A DNA stretch of 64,000 nt from a virus (lineage: Duplodnaviria; Caudoviricetes), in IMG/VR virus record IMGVR_UViG_3300037424_000564, positions 141,057 through 205,056 of that record, one strand, 5' to 3'. Below are positions 10,652-20,629 of the stretch, piece by piece (position 1 is the stretch's first letter; the number at the start of each line of letters is the position of its first letter). The notes below the pieces were generated by a model. The model saw only the letters and a program-made list of their open reading frames with translations. It made no database searches and was not told where the DNA came from. The position numbers and the translations under genes were made by a program.

Positions 10652-12297
10652 CCTATATTAACCTTTGGTGCTGATATTCTAACTAATGCAGTTGAAGAAA
10701 TAGTTGCTGGTCCAGTACTATTGATAGTTGTTTGCCCACTACTATTTATATTGACGTTTCCTGTGACTGTTATAGTTAAATTACCTTTAGTTGTATTATT
10801 ATAATCACCAGATATAGTTTCTACGTGATTCCCATCAGTTTTATCAGTTTTATCACCAGCAATGGATGTTGTATTATTTCCACCTATTTTTTCTATTTTA
10901 TTTAATTTAATATCTTCTGTAGAAGATCCACCGATTAATGTATCAATATCACCACCTATATCGATGTTATCATTTCCAGAAATAGTTCTGAATTCACTTT
11001 TTCTTACTTCTATTTTTGAATCCCCAATTATAATTTCGACTTTATCTTTTGAAGTTGTTACTTTCCATTCTCCGTCTGTAATTTCTTGTCTATCTTTAGT
11101 TATTTTTCTATGAACAGACCCATCATTTACCATTGCTTCATATGTTCCAGATGGATGTTGATTTATTTTACGTTTATTACCGGGAGTTTCATCTGTTATT
11201 TCGACAAATCCAGCTTTATTTTCTTTTACTACAATTTTCCCATATTCTGCTTTTTCAGGAGTTGGTGCTGGTTCGTTAATTGGTGTAATAGATTTAGATG
11301 GTATTAAAGGTGGAGTAAATCCTAAAGTTTCACCAATAGAAGCAAAAGAAGCCATATCATTAAGTTGACTTGTTGAAGGAGTATTTGGAACACTTGGTTT
11401 TGGTGGCATTGCTGTTAATAAAGATTTAACAGAACCACGAATAGAACTAAGAGAAACAGTTTTAGCACTATTAAATATATTTGTCTTAGGAATCAAAGAC
11501 GATAATGATGGTAGTGATGGTAATTTAGGTAATGTTAATTGTTTATATTGACTAACTGCACTTTCAAACATAGAAAGTTTAGGTTTTAATATTACAGCAT
11601 CTGGTGTCCCTTTTAAAGCATCTGGATTAGATGTTAATTTACCAGCTTTATTTGGAACATTTCCTTGAATATAATTTGAACAAGAAGATCTTCCTTTATC
11701 ACGTTTAAAGAAATTATTTTTAATACCATTATCATTGGAATTATTAATATTAAAAGATCCAATTGGATCTGTTAATTTACTTTTGAGTGAATTTAAAGCA
11801 GCAGTTTGATCATTTAATTGCTTTATATCTTCACCAGTATACTTTGTTATAGATGCGCCAACACTATCATTTATAGCACCAGCTATATCTAAAATTTGTG
11901 AATTAGCTACATCGGTTAATTCAACTGGTATTTCAGCGATAGTATCAAACTTACTTTGTAAGTTTAAATTTATACTATTAGAAACATCTTGTACAAGACT
12001 TGCTCCAAATGTTGAAATAATATCAATATAACTACTTCTAGTATCTAAATGGAATGATGACAATTCACCTACAGCATCATCTATAATAACTTGACCAGCT
12101 TCAGCGGATGGATTGCTTTGTTTTTTACGCAGAGTTGACATTTTTCTGGAAGTTCTAGAAGTAAGTTTAGCAGCTTTTCCACTATTTCTAGTGGTATACT
12201 CTCTAGATTTATTATCAGAATAATTAGCAAAAACTTCTAAACTTGACTTTTTTTTCTTAGCAGAATAGTTAATTATTTCATTTTCATATGTACTCAT
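10648..12297 (-). CDS. gp5: Baseplate spike, gp5-like C-terminal beta-helix with a long S/K/P-rich N-terminal region
   Basis: GFVEITDETPGNKRKINQHPSGTY followed by 8-residue repeats (ISGND, IGGD, IGGN, IAGD, VTGN). Confidence 0.78.
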   Translation of the reverse strand: MSTYENEIINYSAKKKKSSLEVFANYSDNKSREYTTRNSGKAAKLTSRTSRKMSTLRKKQSNPSAEAGQVIIDDAVGELSSFHLDTRSSYIDIISTFGASLVQDVSNSINLNLQSKFDTIAEIPVELTDVANSQILDIAGAINDSVGASITKYTGEDIKQLNDQTAALNSLKSKLTDPIGSFNINNSNDNGIKNNFFKRDKGRSSCSNYIQGNVPNKAGKLTSNPDALKGTPDAVILKPKLSMFESAVSQYKQLTLPKLPSLPSLSSLIPKTNIFNSAKTVSLSSIRGSVKSLLTAMPPKPSVPNTPSTSQLNDMASFASIGETLGFTPPLIPSKSITPINEPAPTPEKAEYGKIVVKENKAGFVEITDETPGNKRKINQHPSGTYEAMVNDGSVHRKITKDRQEITDGEWKVTTSKDKVEIIIGDSKIEVRKSEFRTISGNDNIDIGGDIDTLIGGSSTEDIKLNKIEKIGGNNTTSIAGDKTDKTDGNHVETISGDYNNTTKGNLTITVTGNVNINSSGQTTINSTGPATISSTALVRISAPKVNIG

Positions 12298-12306
12298 ATT
12301 ATTTCC

Positions 12307-12603
12307 TTATCCTGATAAACCTCTTACCCATCCAATCCAACAAGGTGCCATGGGAGATTTTTGCATGAACATAATGTAAAGATAATCTCCTACATCAGGT
12401 ATTTCACCTGAATTTTGTTTACTAGGAGCTATGTGATTGGCCCAAATAGAATTTTCAGGAACATCATTAGACATATCATGAATACCTAAAACTCTAACTC
12501 TAACACGTTCAAGAGCTTTAGGATCTTCATTACTTACAACAAGACCAAAAAATAATCCACCTAGATCTATTTCATTATTTATATCGAATTCATACCCCAA
12601 CAT
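12307..12603 (-). CDS. gp5: Stand-alone gp5 N-terminal OB-fold domain
   Basis: FFGLVVSNEDPKALERVRVRVLGIH...WANHI...GEIPDVGDYLYIMF. Confidence 0.8.
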   Translation of the reverse strand: MLGYEFDINNEIDLGGLFFGLVVSNEDPKALERVRVRVLGIHDMSNDVPENSIWANHIAPSKQNSGEIPDVGDYLYIMFMQKSPMAPCWIGWVRGLSG

Positions 12604-12611
12604 ATATTATC

Positions 12612-13868
12612 TCACTTTTCCCATTTGATAATATCAGATTCAAATTCCTTATATCCATCTGATACTAACGTTATATATTGTTTATAATCTTCATATAATG
12701 AAAATACATGTTTTATTTCACGAATAAGATACATGCCTTTAAATAATTTATTATCAGTAACATCAGGATTGGAAGTATTTTTACCATCTTGTGATGGATA
12801 TTCTAATAATGTCAACCATCCTGCTCTACGTGTAGTTTCACCTAAACATGATATATTTATTTTAAAAGCATCAGTAGTTAAAAAGGAATATTTATTATTC
12901 AAATGACCTTCTATAAAATCTTTTAAAGTTTGTGTATTATTACTTTCTGCTGTTTGAGGAAACAACGGAACAAAACTAGAAGATGTATATTTTGGTTCCA
13001 AGAAAGCTGTAGGTAATGGAAACTTATTAGCTAATCTAGTTTGTGTTGTTTTATTAATTCCAATATCTGTTATAGTAAATTTACTATTATTATAATCAAA
13101 AGCATATATATCAGTTTTAGGTAAACCATTATTTACCATTCGAACTGTATCATAACAGCTTTCAATATTCATTTCCATTACTCTACCTTGATATCTAATA
13201 TTGGTTGGATTAACTATAAAGGATTCATATTTACCTAAACTACCTTTTGTTAAATAGTCTAAAGATGTTACATTTACTTTATCTGTTTTAAAATCAGTCC
13301 AACATAAAAATCCACCATTTGATTCTTCATTTGTAGAAAATCCTAATAGATATTTAATGGAATGATATGGTGTCCATAATGGAGTGACGAAGTTTTCAAG
13401 TGATTGTTTTGTTTTTTCTACTAATCCTATTTCTGCACCACATTCTTTTAATAAATCAACTACAATTTCACTAGTGGTAACTTCTTTATCAACTTTTCCA
13501 TATGGTTTAGATACAAGTCTAGTAAATGCATCAATTAACCAAGATGAACAAAATCCTAATTGCAACGCATCATATGTATTATGAGGAAGAAAGATTGAAC
13601 CTTCATTTGTATAAATTTTATATTTTAATGTCAGTTCATTTTCTTCAGAACCATCAACAGCAAAACTCAATATAATTTCGTCATTAGCAAAAATATTACC
13701 TATTTCTTGAAGACCTTCATAATCTCTTATGTTAATAACACCAACAATACCCGGTTGTGTTATAGATTCATATATCTCAACAACAGTAATATTGGCTAGA
13801 TTTATCTCATGTTCTTTTATTGTTACTTTACGTAACTTTAAAATTTCAAATGTTTCGTTATTATCCAT
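12612..13868 (-). CDS. Baseplate hub protein (gp27-like)
   Basis: IYESITQPGIVG N-terminus and GMYLIREIKHVF C-terminus; sits between gp53 and gp5. Confidence 0.65.
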   Translation of the reverse strand: MDNNETFEILKLRKVTIKEHEINLANITVVEIYESITQPGIVGVINIRDYEGLQEIGNIFANDEIILSFAVDGSEENELTLKYKIYTNEGSIFLPHNTYDALQLGFCSSWLIDAFTRLVSKPYGKVDKEVTTSEIVVDLLKECGAEIGLVEKTKQSLENFVTPLWTPYHSIKYLLGFSTNEESNGGFLCWTDFKTDKVNVTSLDYLTKGSLGKYESFIVNPTNIRYQGRVMEMNIESCYDTVRMVNNGLPKTDIYAFDYNNSKFTITDIGINKTTQTRLANKFPLPTAFLEPKYTSSSFVPLFPQTAESNNTQTLKDFIEGHLNNKYSFLTTDAFKINISCLGETTRRAGWLTLLEYPSQDGKNTSNPDVTDNKLFKGMYLIREIKHVFSLYEDYKQYITLVSDGYKEFESDIIKWEK

Positions 13869-14376
13869 TTAAGATTGCTTCCCTATATTTCCAAATAATA
13901 TCTTTTACAGTTTGTTTTTTTGGTACAATTATATTACGTTTATCTTCATTCGTTGCATTAATTAATCTAGCATATGTATTGTATGAAAATTTATGTTCAG
14001 TATTATATATTCTATTTGTGACTTCTATTATTTGGCTTTGAGTTAAAGGCCAATCATTATATGGATCTTTAATATCATTAAAAATAGCAATAATCCACCA
14101 TAAATTTACATCACCATATAAATCGTATGCTATTGTCTGCATAGTATCATTATCTTTTATTTCATAATTAATAATAACTTCAATATTATCTTTATAATTA
14201 AAAACAACATCAAACTTATCAAAAAGATTTTTAACTGTGGTTTTTATTGGTTGTTTATTTGTAAAAGTATATTTATCATCAATTGATATATTATTAACTT
14301 TATTTAAAGTATTTAAATATCCACTTAGATCATAATCAATATCTACAAATTGATCAAAATATGAAAATTCAGCCAT
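13861..14376 (-). CDS. gp53: Baseplate wedge protein (gp53-like)
   Basis: YEIKDNDTMQTIAYDLYGDVNLWWIIAIFNDIKDPYNDWPL. Confidence 0.88.
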   Translation of the reverse strand: MAEFSYFDQFVDIDYDLSGYLNTLNKVNNISIDDKYTFTNKQPIKTTVKNLFDKFDVVFNYKDNIEVIINYEIKDNDTMQTIAYDLYGDVNLWWIIAIFNDIKDPYNDWPLTQSQIIEVTNRIYNTEHKFSYNTYARLINATNEDKRNIIVPKKQTVKDIIWKYREAILNG

Positions 14377-14380
14377 ATCT

Positions 14381-15115
14381 TTACTCCTCGTTAAGAATCC
14401 AATGTTTTTTGATATGTTGAAATGATAATGATAAATTTATTTGTACTGGATTTTTATCATGGTATATAGCTGCACTTTCTTGTTCGGAAGTATATGAGAC
14501 ACTGCAATTAGTAAGTGCCATAAATTCATAACCTTCAATATCATTAGATATACCTATACCATTTATACCGATAAATTTAATATCCCATAATGGAGGAAAT
14601 TTTAATAATATACCAGTACTATTGTCATCATTAATAAGACTTGGCATAATATTTTTTTTAAAAGTTTTTGCTATCTTTACTATTGTATTTCCTTCATCTT
14701 GATCATATGGAACCAATTTAAAATTAAACGTTACTGACATAGGATCTACATTTTGAAATATCAATATATCTGTTGGTAATGGTGCTACACCACCAACAGC
14801 TTTAGCTGAATTAATAATTTTACCACCATCAGCACCACTAAATCTTTCTGTTATATTAGAAACTAAAGCAGCACCCCAACTATTAGTACCTTGATAAATT
14901 GATTCTAAACCCCAAGTAGCATTTATATTTTCAGAAAAGTCTCCCGGCATATATAACGAAATATCAGGTATGCTATTTGGTTTCTTTTCTGCTTTAGCAG
15001 TTCCATTAAATGATTCTTTAGATGATGGTGTAGTATAATTATATGATTGAAATAAAACAGATGGTATATTTTTATCATATTTTGTTGGATATCTATATGT
15101 TGCTTTATTTGCCAT
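14381..15115 (-). CDS. gp48: Baseplate tail-tube cap (gp48-like)
   Basis: ISLYMP, FNFKLVPYDQDE, LTNCSVSYT, PVQINLSLSFQ. Confidence 0.8.
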   Translation of the reverse strand: MANKATYRYPTKYDKNIPSVLFQSYNYTTPSSKESFNGTAKAEKKPNSIPDISLYMPGDFSENINATWGLESIYQGTNSWGAALVSNITERFSGADGGKIINSAKAVGGVAPLPTDILIFQNVDPMSVTFNFKLVPYDQDEGNTIVKIAKTFKKNIMPSLINDDNSTGILLKFPPLWDIKFIGINGIGISNDIEGYEFMALTNCSVSYTSEQESAAIYHDKNPVQINLSLSFQHIKKHWILNEE

Positions 15116-17631
15116 TAATATGACCTCGCCAATCTACCAATATATGATTGTGTATCACCAGTTACGATAATTGATGGAGGAATAACAGGACTACTACCTC
15201 CACCTGAACTAATACTTATATTATTTATCGCTTCTCTTGTTGTGTTAAATAATTTTTGTTGATTTCTCATATCAGTTATAGTTTCAGTATTTTTTAAAGT
15301 TGATCCTTCTGACACTTGATTTCGTCCATTTGTATTATTAATAATATTATTAACGCCACCCTCATTAGTTAATCTAACAATAGGAGATTTCACTGTTGGT
15401 AGATTTCCAATGCTTGCAGGAGTAACGTTTGAAATAACCAAACCACCGTCTGTTTTTGTTATATTTTCTTGATTGTTTATATTAGAACTATTGACTAATG
15501 ACCCCATGCTAGGAACTGTTTGTGCTGATGAAGGAGCTGTATCTGTTTTCATTCTATTTAACGTATCAACACGATCTTTTTTGGCTACTGCTTTTTCTTT
15601 TTTGTCATCCCCGAAAAATTTATTGAATCCTTTACCTAATAATCCAACAGGGCTAAATTCAACCATTGCTGATAAACCTTTATATATTGTTTCAGGTTTA
15701 ACTAGTCCTAATGATAGTGAAGATAAGGCACCAGCCGCAGTAGCCCCTGTTTTTTGTAATACTGATGCTTTTTCGCCTTTTTTAAGACCAGCTATTTGAT
15801 CCGCATTTTTGAACCCCTTAAATCCACCGTGTATTGCCTGTCCAGCAGTTATAGCTAGTCCAATAGGACCAGCAAATTTAGCTAAACCACCTAGAAGAGG
15901 ACCAGCTTTGCTAAGTAAACCAGCACCCTTAGATAGCAAACCACCACCTGCTGCACTAGATAACAAACCACCACCTTTAGATAGTAAACCACCACCAGCT
16001 TTAGATACTTTAGTTAACAGTTTTCCTATTGTTGATGTTCCCTTTGGTCCTTTTGGTCCTTTTGAAGTAATTAAATCAGGGAAACCTCCATTTAATCCAC
16101 CACGCATTTCATGCCAGTTAGTTATATATACTGGTGATCCTTCTCTACCAACAGCTTTAACTACAGTACTCAAACCGGGAATTTTTTTAATAAATTTATT
16201 TTTAGATAATGCACCAGTTAATTTACTGAATATAGATGATGATATATTACTTAGAAATCCACTTTTCTCTGGTTGAGCTTCACCTTCAGTGCCTTCTTCT
16301 ATTGTACCTTTACCTCCAAATAATGACCTAGCAGAAAGAATATTTTTAGGTTTAGATAATAAACTACCTCTAGCAACAGCATCTCTAGAATCTTCAAGAG
16401 CTTCTTCTGCGGTATGTTCTAATTTTTTTAAAGGTATTAATCTATCAGCAATTAATTTTAATAATTGAGTAGTATTATCTTTAGCAGGAGTTACAGTTAC
16501 TGTTTCTCCTTTATGAACTCTGAGATTATCTATTAATCCACCAGCACCAGATTCCTGTCCACCTTTAACACCAAATCGACCGCCTGTTTTAGCAGAGAAA
16601 GAAGACGATAAACCACCTGATCGTTTAAGTGATTTTATTAGTTTACGCATTTCATCATTTGGTTCTGATGCTGCGAATGAAAGACCTTCGACACCTTTTT
16701 TTGATGTCGAAGCGGTGTGTCTTAATGATTTTCTGAAATTATATATTTCACTTTTTATGTTATTTTCTTTTTGCATTCTCTCATTTCTTTTTTGTGAAAG
16801 AGAAGTTGATAGCATCATTAATCCAGCAGAACCACCTAATAAACCAGCCGCTTTTAATCCAAGAAGACCTGCTGATTTTAATTTTTCTTTACCTGATTCT
16901 TTTTTGAATTCGCCTGCTCTTTTTATAAGAGCATTTATTCCTTCAGGTATAGCCAACGGCAAACCACTACCCAAAGCAAGAGAAGCAGCTATAGCTGTTG
17001 CATTAACTCCTACTTTAGCATATTTTTTTACTTTACTAGTAACAATTAATGTTTTTATTACATCAGATTCACCCTTAGCGAATGTACTGATTTCATTTAA
17101 AATAGCATTTGCTATAGTTATACTGTTTATTGTTGCCTTATGAATCTTTACATCTTTTTTAATTTCTTCATTTATTTTACGTAATTCTTTGGATTTTTCG
17201 GTTATTTGAAGTTTAAGAGTATTTGAATTAGATATATCTAATTTAGATTTTCTTTTTTTACCCGCACCAATGTGTTTTAATTGTAATTTTAAATATGAAA
17301 TATCATTTTCTAATAATTTTTTATTTACTTCTTTAATATATTTTTCTTTTTTATATTCTTTATTAGTAGTAACTTTTAATTCAGTAGAAAACTTTTTAAA
17401 TTCGGTGAATGATTCATTAAGAGCCTTCTTTTGAGAATCGACAAAACTTTTTTTACCTATTAATTTTTGGCTTTCGTCAAAAGTATTTTTTAAATTAAGA
17501 CTAACAAAAGACATGATTGAATATAACATAGTTCTTAACGATGTTACTTGCACCATATCATTTTTTCTTTGAATTTTAGCTTCAAAGATACGTAATGCTT
17601 GTTCGAATTTATCTAATGTTGTTTTTGCCAT
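15115..17631 (-). CDS. Tape measure / gp29-like protein
   Basis: 838 aa; K-rich helical N-half and G/A/L-rich repeats (GGGLLSK); lies between gp26/gp51 and gp48. Confidence 0.75.
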   Translation of the reverse strand: MAKTTLDKFEQALRIFEAKIQRKNDMVQVTSLRTMLYSIMSFVSLNLKNTFDESQKLIGKKSFVDSQKKALNESFTEFKKFSTELKVTTNKEYKKEKYIKEVNKKLLENDISYLKLQLKHIGAGKKRKSKLDISNSNTLKLQITEKSKELRKINEEIKKDVKIHKATINSITIANAILNEISTFAKGESDVIKTLIVTSKVKKYAKVGVNATAIAASLALGSGLPLAIPEGINALIKRAGEFKKESGKEKLKSAGLLGLKAAGLLGGSAGLMMLSTSLSQKRNERMQKENNIKSEIYNFRKSLRHTASTSKKGVEGLSFAASEPNDEMRKLIKSLKRSGGLSSSFSAKTGGRFGVKGGQESGAGGLIDNLRVHKGETVTVTPAKDNTTQLLKLIADRLIPLKKLEHTAEEALEDSRDAVARGSLLSKPKNILSARSLFGGKGTIEEGTEGEAQPEKSGFLSNISSSIFSKLTGALSKNKFIKKIPGLSTVVKAVGREGSPVYITNWHEMRGGLNGGFPDLITSKGPKGPKGTSTIGKLLTKVSKAGGGLLSKGGGLLSSAAGGGLLSKGAGLLSKAGPLLGGLAKFAGPIGLAITAGQAIHGGFKGFKNADQIAGLKKGEKASVLQKTGATAAGALSSLSLGLVKPETIYKGLSAMVEFSPVGLLGKGFNKFFGDDKKEKAVAKKDRVDTLNRMKTDTAPSSAQTVPSMGSLVNSSNINNQENITKTDGGLVISNVTPASIGNLPTVKSPIVRLTNEGGVNNIINNTNGRNQVSEGSTLKNTETITDMRNQQKLFNTTREAINNISISSGGGSSPVIPPSIIVTGDTQSYIGRLARSY

Positions 17632-17633
17632 AT

Positions 17634-17828
17634 TTATCTACCAATAGTTGATTTAGCTGCTACTCTATCTTTTATATCTTTAATACACATCGCATGATAT
17701 ATTTCCAATTCAAAAGGATACATATCAAATATTTCAAATGTACTATATCCACTTTCTTTTTTCATAGCATACATCATAGTATAAAGTTCAGATATAGATA
17801 TATCAAAGATTATAAAACTAAAAAACTT
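17634..17828 (-). CDS. gp51: gp51-like tail/baseplate chaperone frame, probably reached by -1 frameshift from gp26 (first ATG at 17777)
   Basis: Open frame KFFSFIIFDISISELYTMMYAMKKESGYSTFEIFDMYPFELEIYHAMCIKDIKDRVAAKSTIGR resembles gp51 (YSLxEIExMxPxExxIY); not in the ORF track. Confidence 0.7.
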   Translation of the reverse strand, partial: KFFSFIIFDISISELYTMMYAMKKESGYSTFEIFDMYPFELEIYHAMCIKDIKDRVAAKSTIGR

Positions 17829-18526
17829 AACAAATCACCAAAGTCAATTTTAATATCTTCTTTACATTTAATACACTTAATTGTTCTACTTAGAGATACA
17901 TCTGAAATTTTAGAATTAAAACTTTTATAAATTTTTTCCATATCAAGAGGATCAAGAGGATCAAGGAATGTAATAACTTCATCTTCAGTAAATGAAGTAT
18001 ATGTTGTATCTTTATATGTAATACCTACTATTGAATTAATAATATAATAGTAAGTATATTTTGCATCAGAAGATCCATACTTTTTCATTAAATCCATAGA
18101 TTTATTATAAGAAAGATCGCCAAATGTAATAATTAAATCATTATTTACAGGAACAGGTGACATATCAAATTTTTTAACCACTAGATTATCAGTAAGATTT
18201 ACTTCATCCTGCAAAGACATATTACATTTAGGACATTTGTAGTTATATTCAATCGTTTCACCTTTAGAAAGTTTTCTAATTTCAACACAAACTTTTTTGA
18301 TATCTTGTTCTGATAATACATTAAATTTAGCTGTATCATCAACACAATTTTTTAAAAACGAGATTATATATTTAATTTTATTTGCTTCTGCATCTTCTTC
18401 AGATTCTAATGCAAATAATAGTTCCTTTTCATCTTTAACTTTCCAACCTCGCGCACCGATTGCTTTACCTGATGGTAAATTGTTTTTAACAAAATTCACT
18501 TCTTCGTTCATTTTTGGTAGTGCCAT
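17810..18526 (-). CDS. gp26: Baseplate hub / tail assembly chaperone (gp26-like)
   Basis: LPSGKAIGARGWKVKDEKELL, EIRKLSKGE, CPKC and CIKC zinc motifs. Confidence 0.85.
   Translation of the reverse strand: MALPKMNEEVNFVKNNLPSGKAIGARGWKVKDEKELLFALESEEDAEANKIKYIISFLKNCVDDTAKFNVLSEQDIKKVCVEIRKLSKGETIEYNYKCPKCNMSLQDEVNLTDNLVVKKFDMSPVPVNNDLIITFGDLSYNKSMDLMKKYGSSDAKYTYYYIINSIVGITYKDTTYTSFTEDEVITFLDPLDPLDMEKIYKSFNSKISDVSLSRTIKCIKCKEDIKIDFGDLLSFLVL
17819..17825 (-). other. Candidate -1 frameshift slippery heptamer T TTT TTA
   Basis: In the gp26 frame (agT TTT TTA gtt tta TAA); the -1 frame is the gp51-like ORF. Confidence 0.6.
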
Positions 18527-18539
18527 GATTTATCTCCTT

Positions 18540-19199
18540 TTATTTGTTCCATTCTTGTCTGGAATCTCTATTGCCATTTGTTGAAATATGATAGTTATCG
18601 CTGTTATCTAACGGAGTTATATTATGAAACATGTATTTAAATTTTACAGTTGTTTGAATTACTTCACCACCTCTAGAATAGTTATAAGTAATACCAGATA
18701 CATCATATGGAAATACATTAACAAATCTATCACAATAATAAGCATCACCATGATAGTTCAATGGAAATATTAAAAATTCTGATGGACTTGGCATATAATC
18801 TGCCATATAATTACGAACAACCCCATTCTCAGATACATTCACTGCTTCTGACATCCAAGAGAAAAAGAATCGTCTTAATAACAAGTCAGGAGTTTCATAG
18901 AATGTTATTGAAAGATCAGAGTCTGTTCTGCCTTTGAAGTAAAATCTTTTTGCGCCATTTATTTCTAATTCAGATGGACTAATTGATATATTTGGTAATT
19001 CACAAGATGCTACTTGAAATTCTAACCATCCATTTTTTCTAAACTGTGCTTTATTTTTTGGTGCATTGAGTAAACAAACAAATCTATTAGATAAAGGAAT
19101 ACCATGATTATCACCAATAGTAGAAATTTGTTTAAACTGTTCTATATCAATAAAATTTAAATATGATTTTGGTTGAATTCCATCTAATGTATTTGGCAT
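18540..19199 (-). CDS. Tail tube family protein (gp19/gp54-like)
   Basis: SNRF, ASCELP, LSITFYET, FFFSWM, NVFPYDV, TTVKFKY. Confidence 0.75.
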   Translation of the reverse strand: MPNTLDGIQPKSYLNFIDIEQFKQISTIGDNHGIPLSNRFVCLLNAPKNKAQFRKNGWLEFQVASCELPNISISPSELEINGAKRFYFKGRTDSDLSITFYETPDLLLRRFFFSWMSEAVNVSENGVVRNYMADYMPSPSEFLIFPLNYHGDAYYCDRFVNVFPYDVSGITYNYSRGGEVIQTTVKFKYMFHNITPLDNSDNYHISTNGNRDSRQEWNK

Positions 19200-19216
19200 T
19201 TTAATTCCTATTTAAA

Positions 19217-19891
19217 TTATGTATACTTCTTATAAATGTTATGCATTGTAAATTTGAAAGTTACAGTAAACTCTTCAACTGCATTTTCTGTGTCTTGTGA
19301 TAACTCGATAGCTGATATAGTTTGGGGCCAAGCATTTGTTAATTCGATTGCATATACTTCATTTAATTGACTATCAAATTGGTGAATCGAAACATGCCCT
19401 TGCATCGCTAATAATGGAATAGATCCTTTATTTTCTTCCCAGTTATATATTGCCACACGTTGCCAATTGTTAAACATAGATCTTAAATTAAAATCAGAAT
19501 CATTAATGAATGTAATAGACACATCACCATAATTAACTTCATTTGTAGGTATAAATAATTTTTGTCCAGCACGTTCTAATAGATATTCTTTAATACTAAT
19601 TTGTGGGAAATCTGCTTTTTTTGCAAATGCTGTTATTAATTTATCTATATTTTGCCATTCTGCTTTTTTATATATATCATCTGGTGGAACAATGTTTACT
19701 TTAAAAAGATTTGGTCTTGCTAAATCTCTAATTAATTGCGATTTTAAATAATTAATATGAAAACTAGACGGGTCAATACCAGATTTTAAAGAACTAATAT
19801 CTTTTGGATATTGATTAGACTCTAATCCCTGATTATTACCACTAAATTCAAATTTACGTGGAGTAATTGGTACTTTTGATGGTATTGCCAT
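19217..19891 (-). CDS. Tail tube family protein (gp19-like)
   Basis: DLARPNLFKV, KADFP, ITFINDSDF, LTNAWPQTISAIELS, EEFTVTF. Confidence 0.82.
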   Translation of the reverse strand: MAIPSKVPITPRKFEFSGNNQGLESNQYPKDISSLKSGIDPSSFHINYLKSQLIRDLARPNLFKVNIVPPDDIYKKAEWQNIDKLITAFAKKADFPQISIKEYLLERAGQKLFIPTNEVNYGDVSITFINDSDFNLRSMFNNWQRVAIYNWEENKGSIPLLAMQGHVSIHQFDSQLNEVYAIELTNAWPQTISAIELSQDTENAVEEFTVTFKFTMHNIYKKYT

Positions 19892-19894
19892 TAT

Positions 19895-20437
19895 TTATTC
19901 CTCATACATATCTAGATTTTCAAAATAAGAATATGAAAAATCAACTGTAAATTTTTCAATTTGGTCAGTATTAGTCATATCTAAATCAATAGCTGACATA
20001 CTAATTGGGAATACGTCATAAAATTTATAGCTTGCTAACGATGAAACATCAGTTCTTCCTTTTTGATTTACGACTATTGTTGCCCCAAGCATATTAGCTG
20101 CATATGTTTTTTCGTTATTGTCTGCAACTCGTTGGCCACCAAATTCCATCCATTTTTCAATTAAAGATTTACCAACAAAATCATAATCATTTAAAAATGT
20201 TATTGATAAGTTTTGTTTAGAATAATCTCCCGGTAATTTTAATTCCATACCATGAAACTTAATTGAGACTTCTCCTTGTGATCTACTAGGAATTGAAGCT
20301 GATTGTGCAGTCCAAGTAAAAATTTCTATTTTAGATGTATCTATACCTATAGTAGAAGGTATATAAACCTCTACTGTAAATCTATTAGGTCTAGCAAAAT
20401 CTGAAAGTTGATTTTTAAAATCTTTAAGTTTAATCAT
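19895..20437 (-). CDS. Tail tube family protein (gp19-like)
   Basis: FARPNRFTV, AQSASIP, ITFLND, FYDVFPISMSAIDL, EKFTVDFSY. Confidence 0.82.
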   Translation of the reverse strand: MIKLKDFKNQLSDFARPNRFTVEVYIPSTIGIDTSKIEIFTWTAQSASIPSRSQGEVSIKFHGMELKLPGDYSKQNLSITFLNDYDFVGKSLIEKWMEFGGQRVADNNEKTYAANMLGATIVVNQKGRTDVSSLASYKFYDVFPISMSAIDLDMTNTDQIEKFTVDFSYSYFENLDMYEE

Positions 20438-20616
20438 TATTTCTTTTCATGATCAATTGAAATTATCTTATCGATGTTGATAAGACATTTATCTAAAATA
20501 ATTACGTTATTATCAAAGTCAACAACTAAACCACTCAACATAGTTTTATTGTCTAAAAATACCTTTACAGGAATTTTTTTATATTGTGCATCATTTAAAT
20601 ATTCGTTATATGCCAT
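20437..20616 (-). CDS. hfq: Hfq-like Sm-fold RNA chaperone (59 aa; below the ORF-track cutoff)
   Basis: MAYNEYLNDAQYKKIPVKVFLDNKTMLSGLVVDFDNNVIILDKCLINIDKIISIDHEKK follows the Hfq pattern FLN..R..RVPVSIYLVNG..LQG.I.SFDQFVILL...ISTV; AAGGA site upstream; TAATG coupling to the next gene. Confidence 0.72.
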   Translation of the reverse strand: MAYNEYLNDAQYKKIPVKVFLDNKTMLSGLVVDFDNNVIILDKCLINIDKIISIDHEKK

Positions 20617-20629
20617 TGTCTGTCTTCCT

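Noticed and set aside
15473-17143. Long plus-strand ORFs opposite the tape measure gene, and similar ones opposite uvsX, gp46, the helicase, gp5, gp23 and cca
   Set aside because: They are antisense shadows of well-supported genes, with no SD or recognisable motifs.
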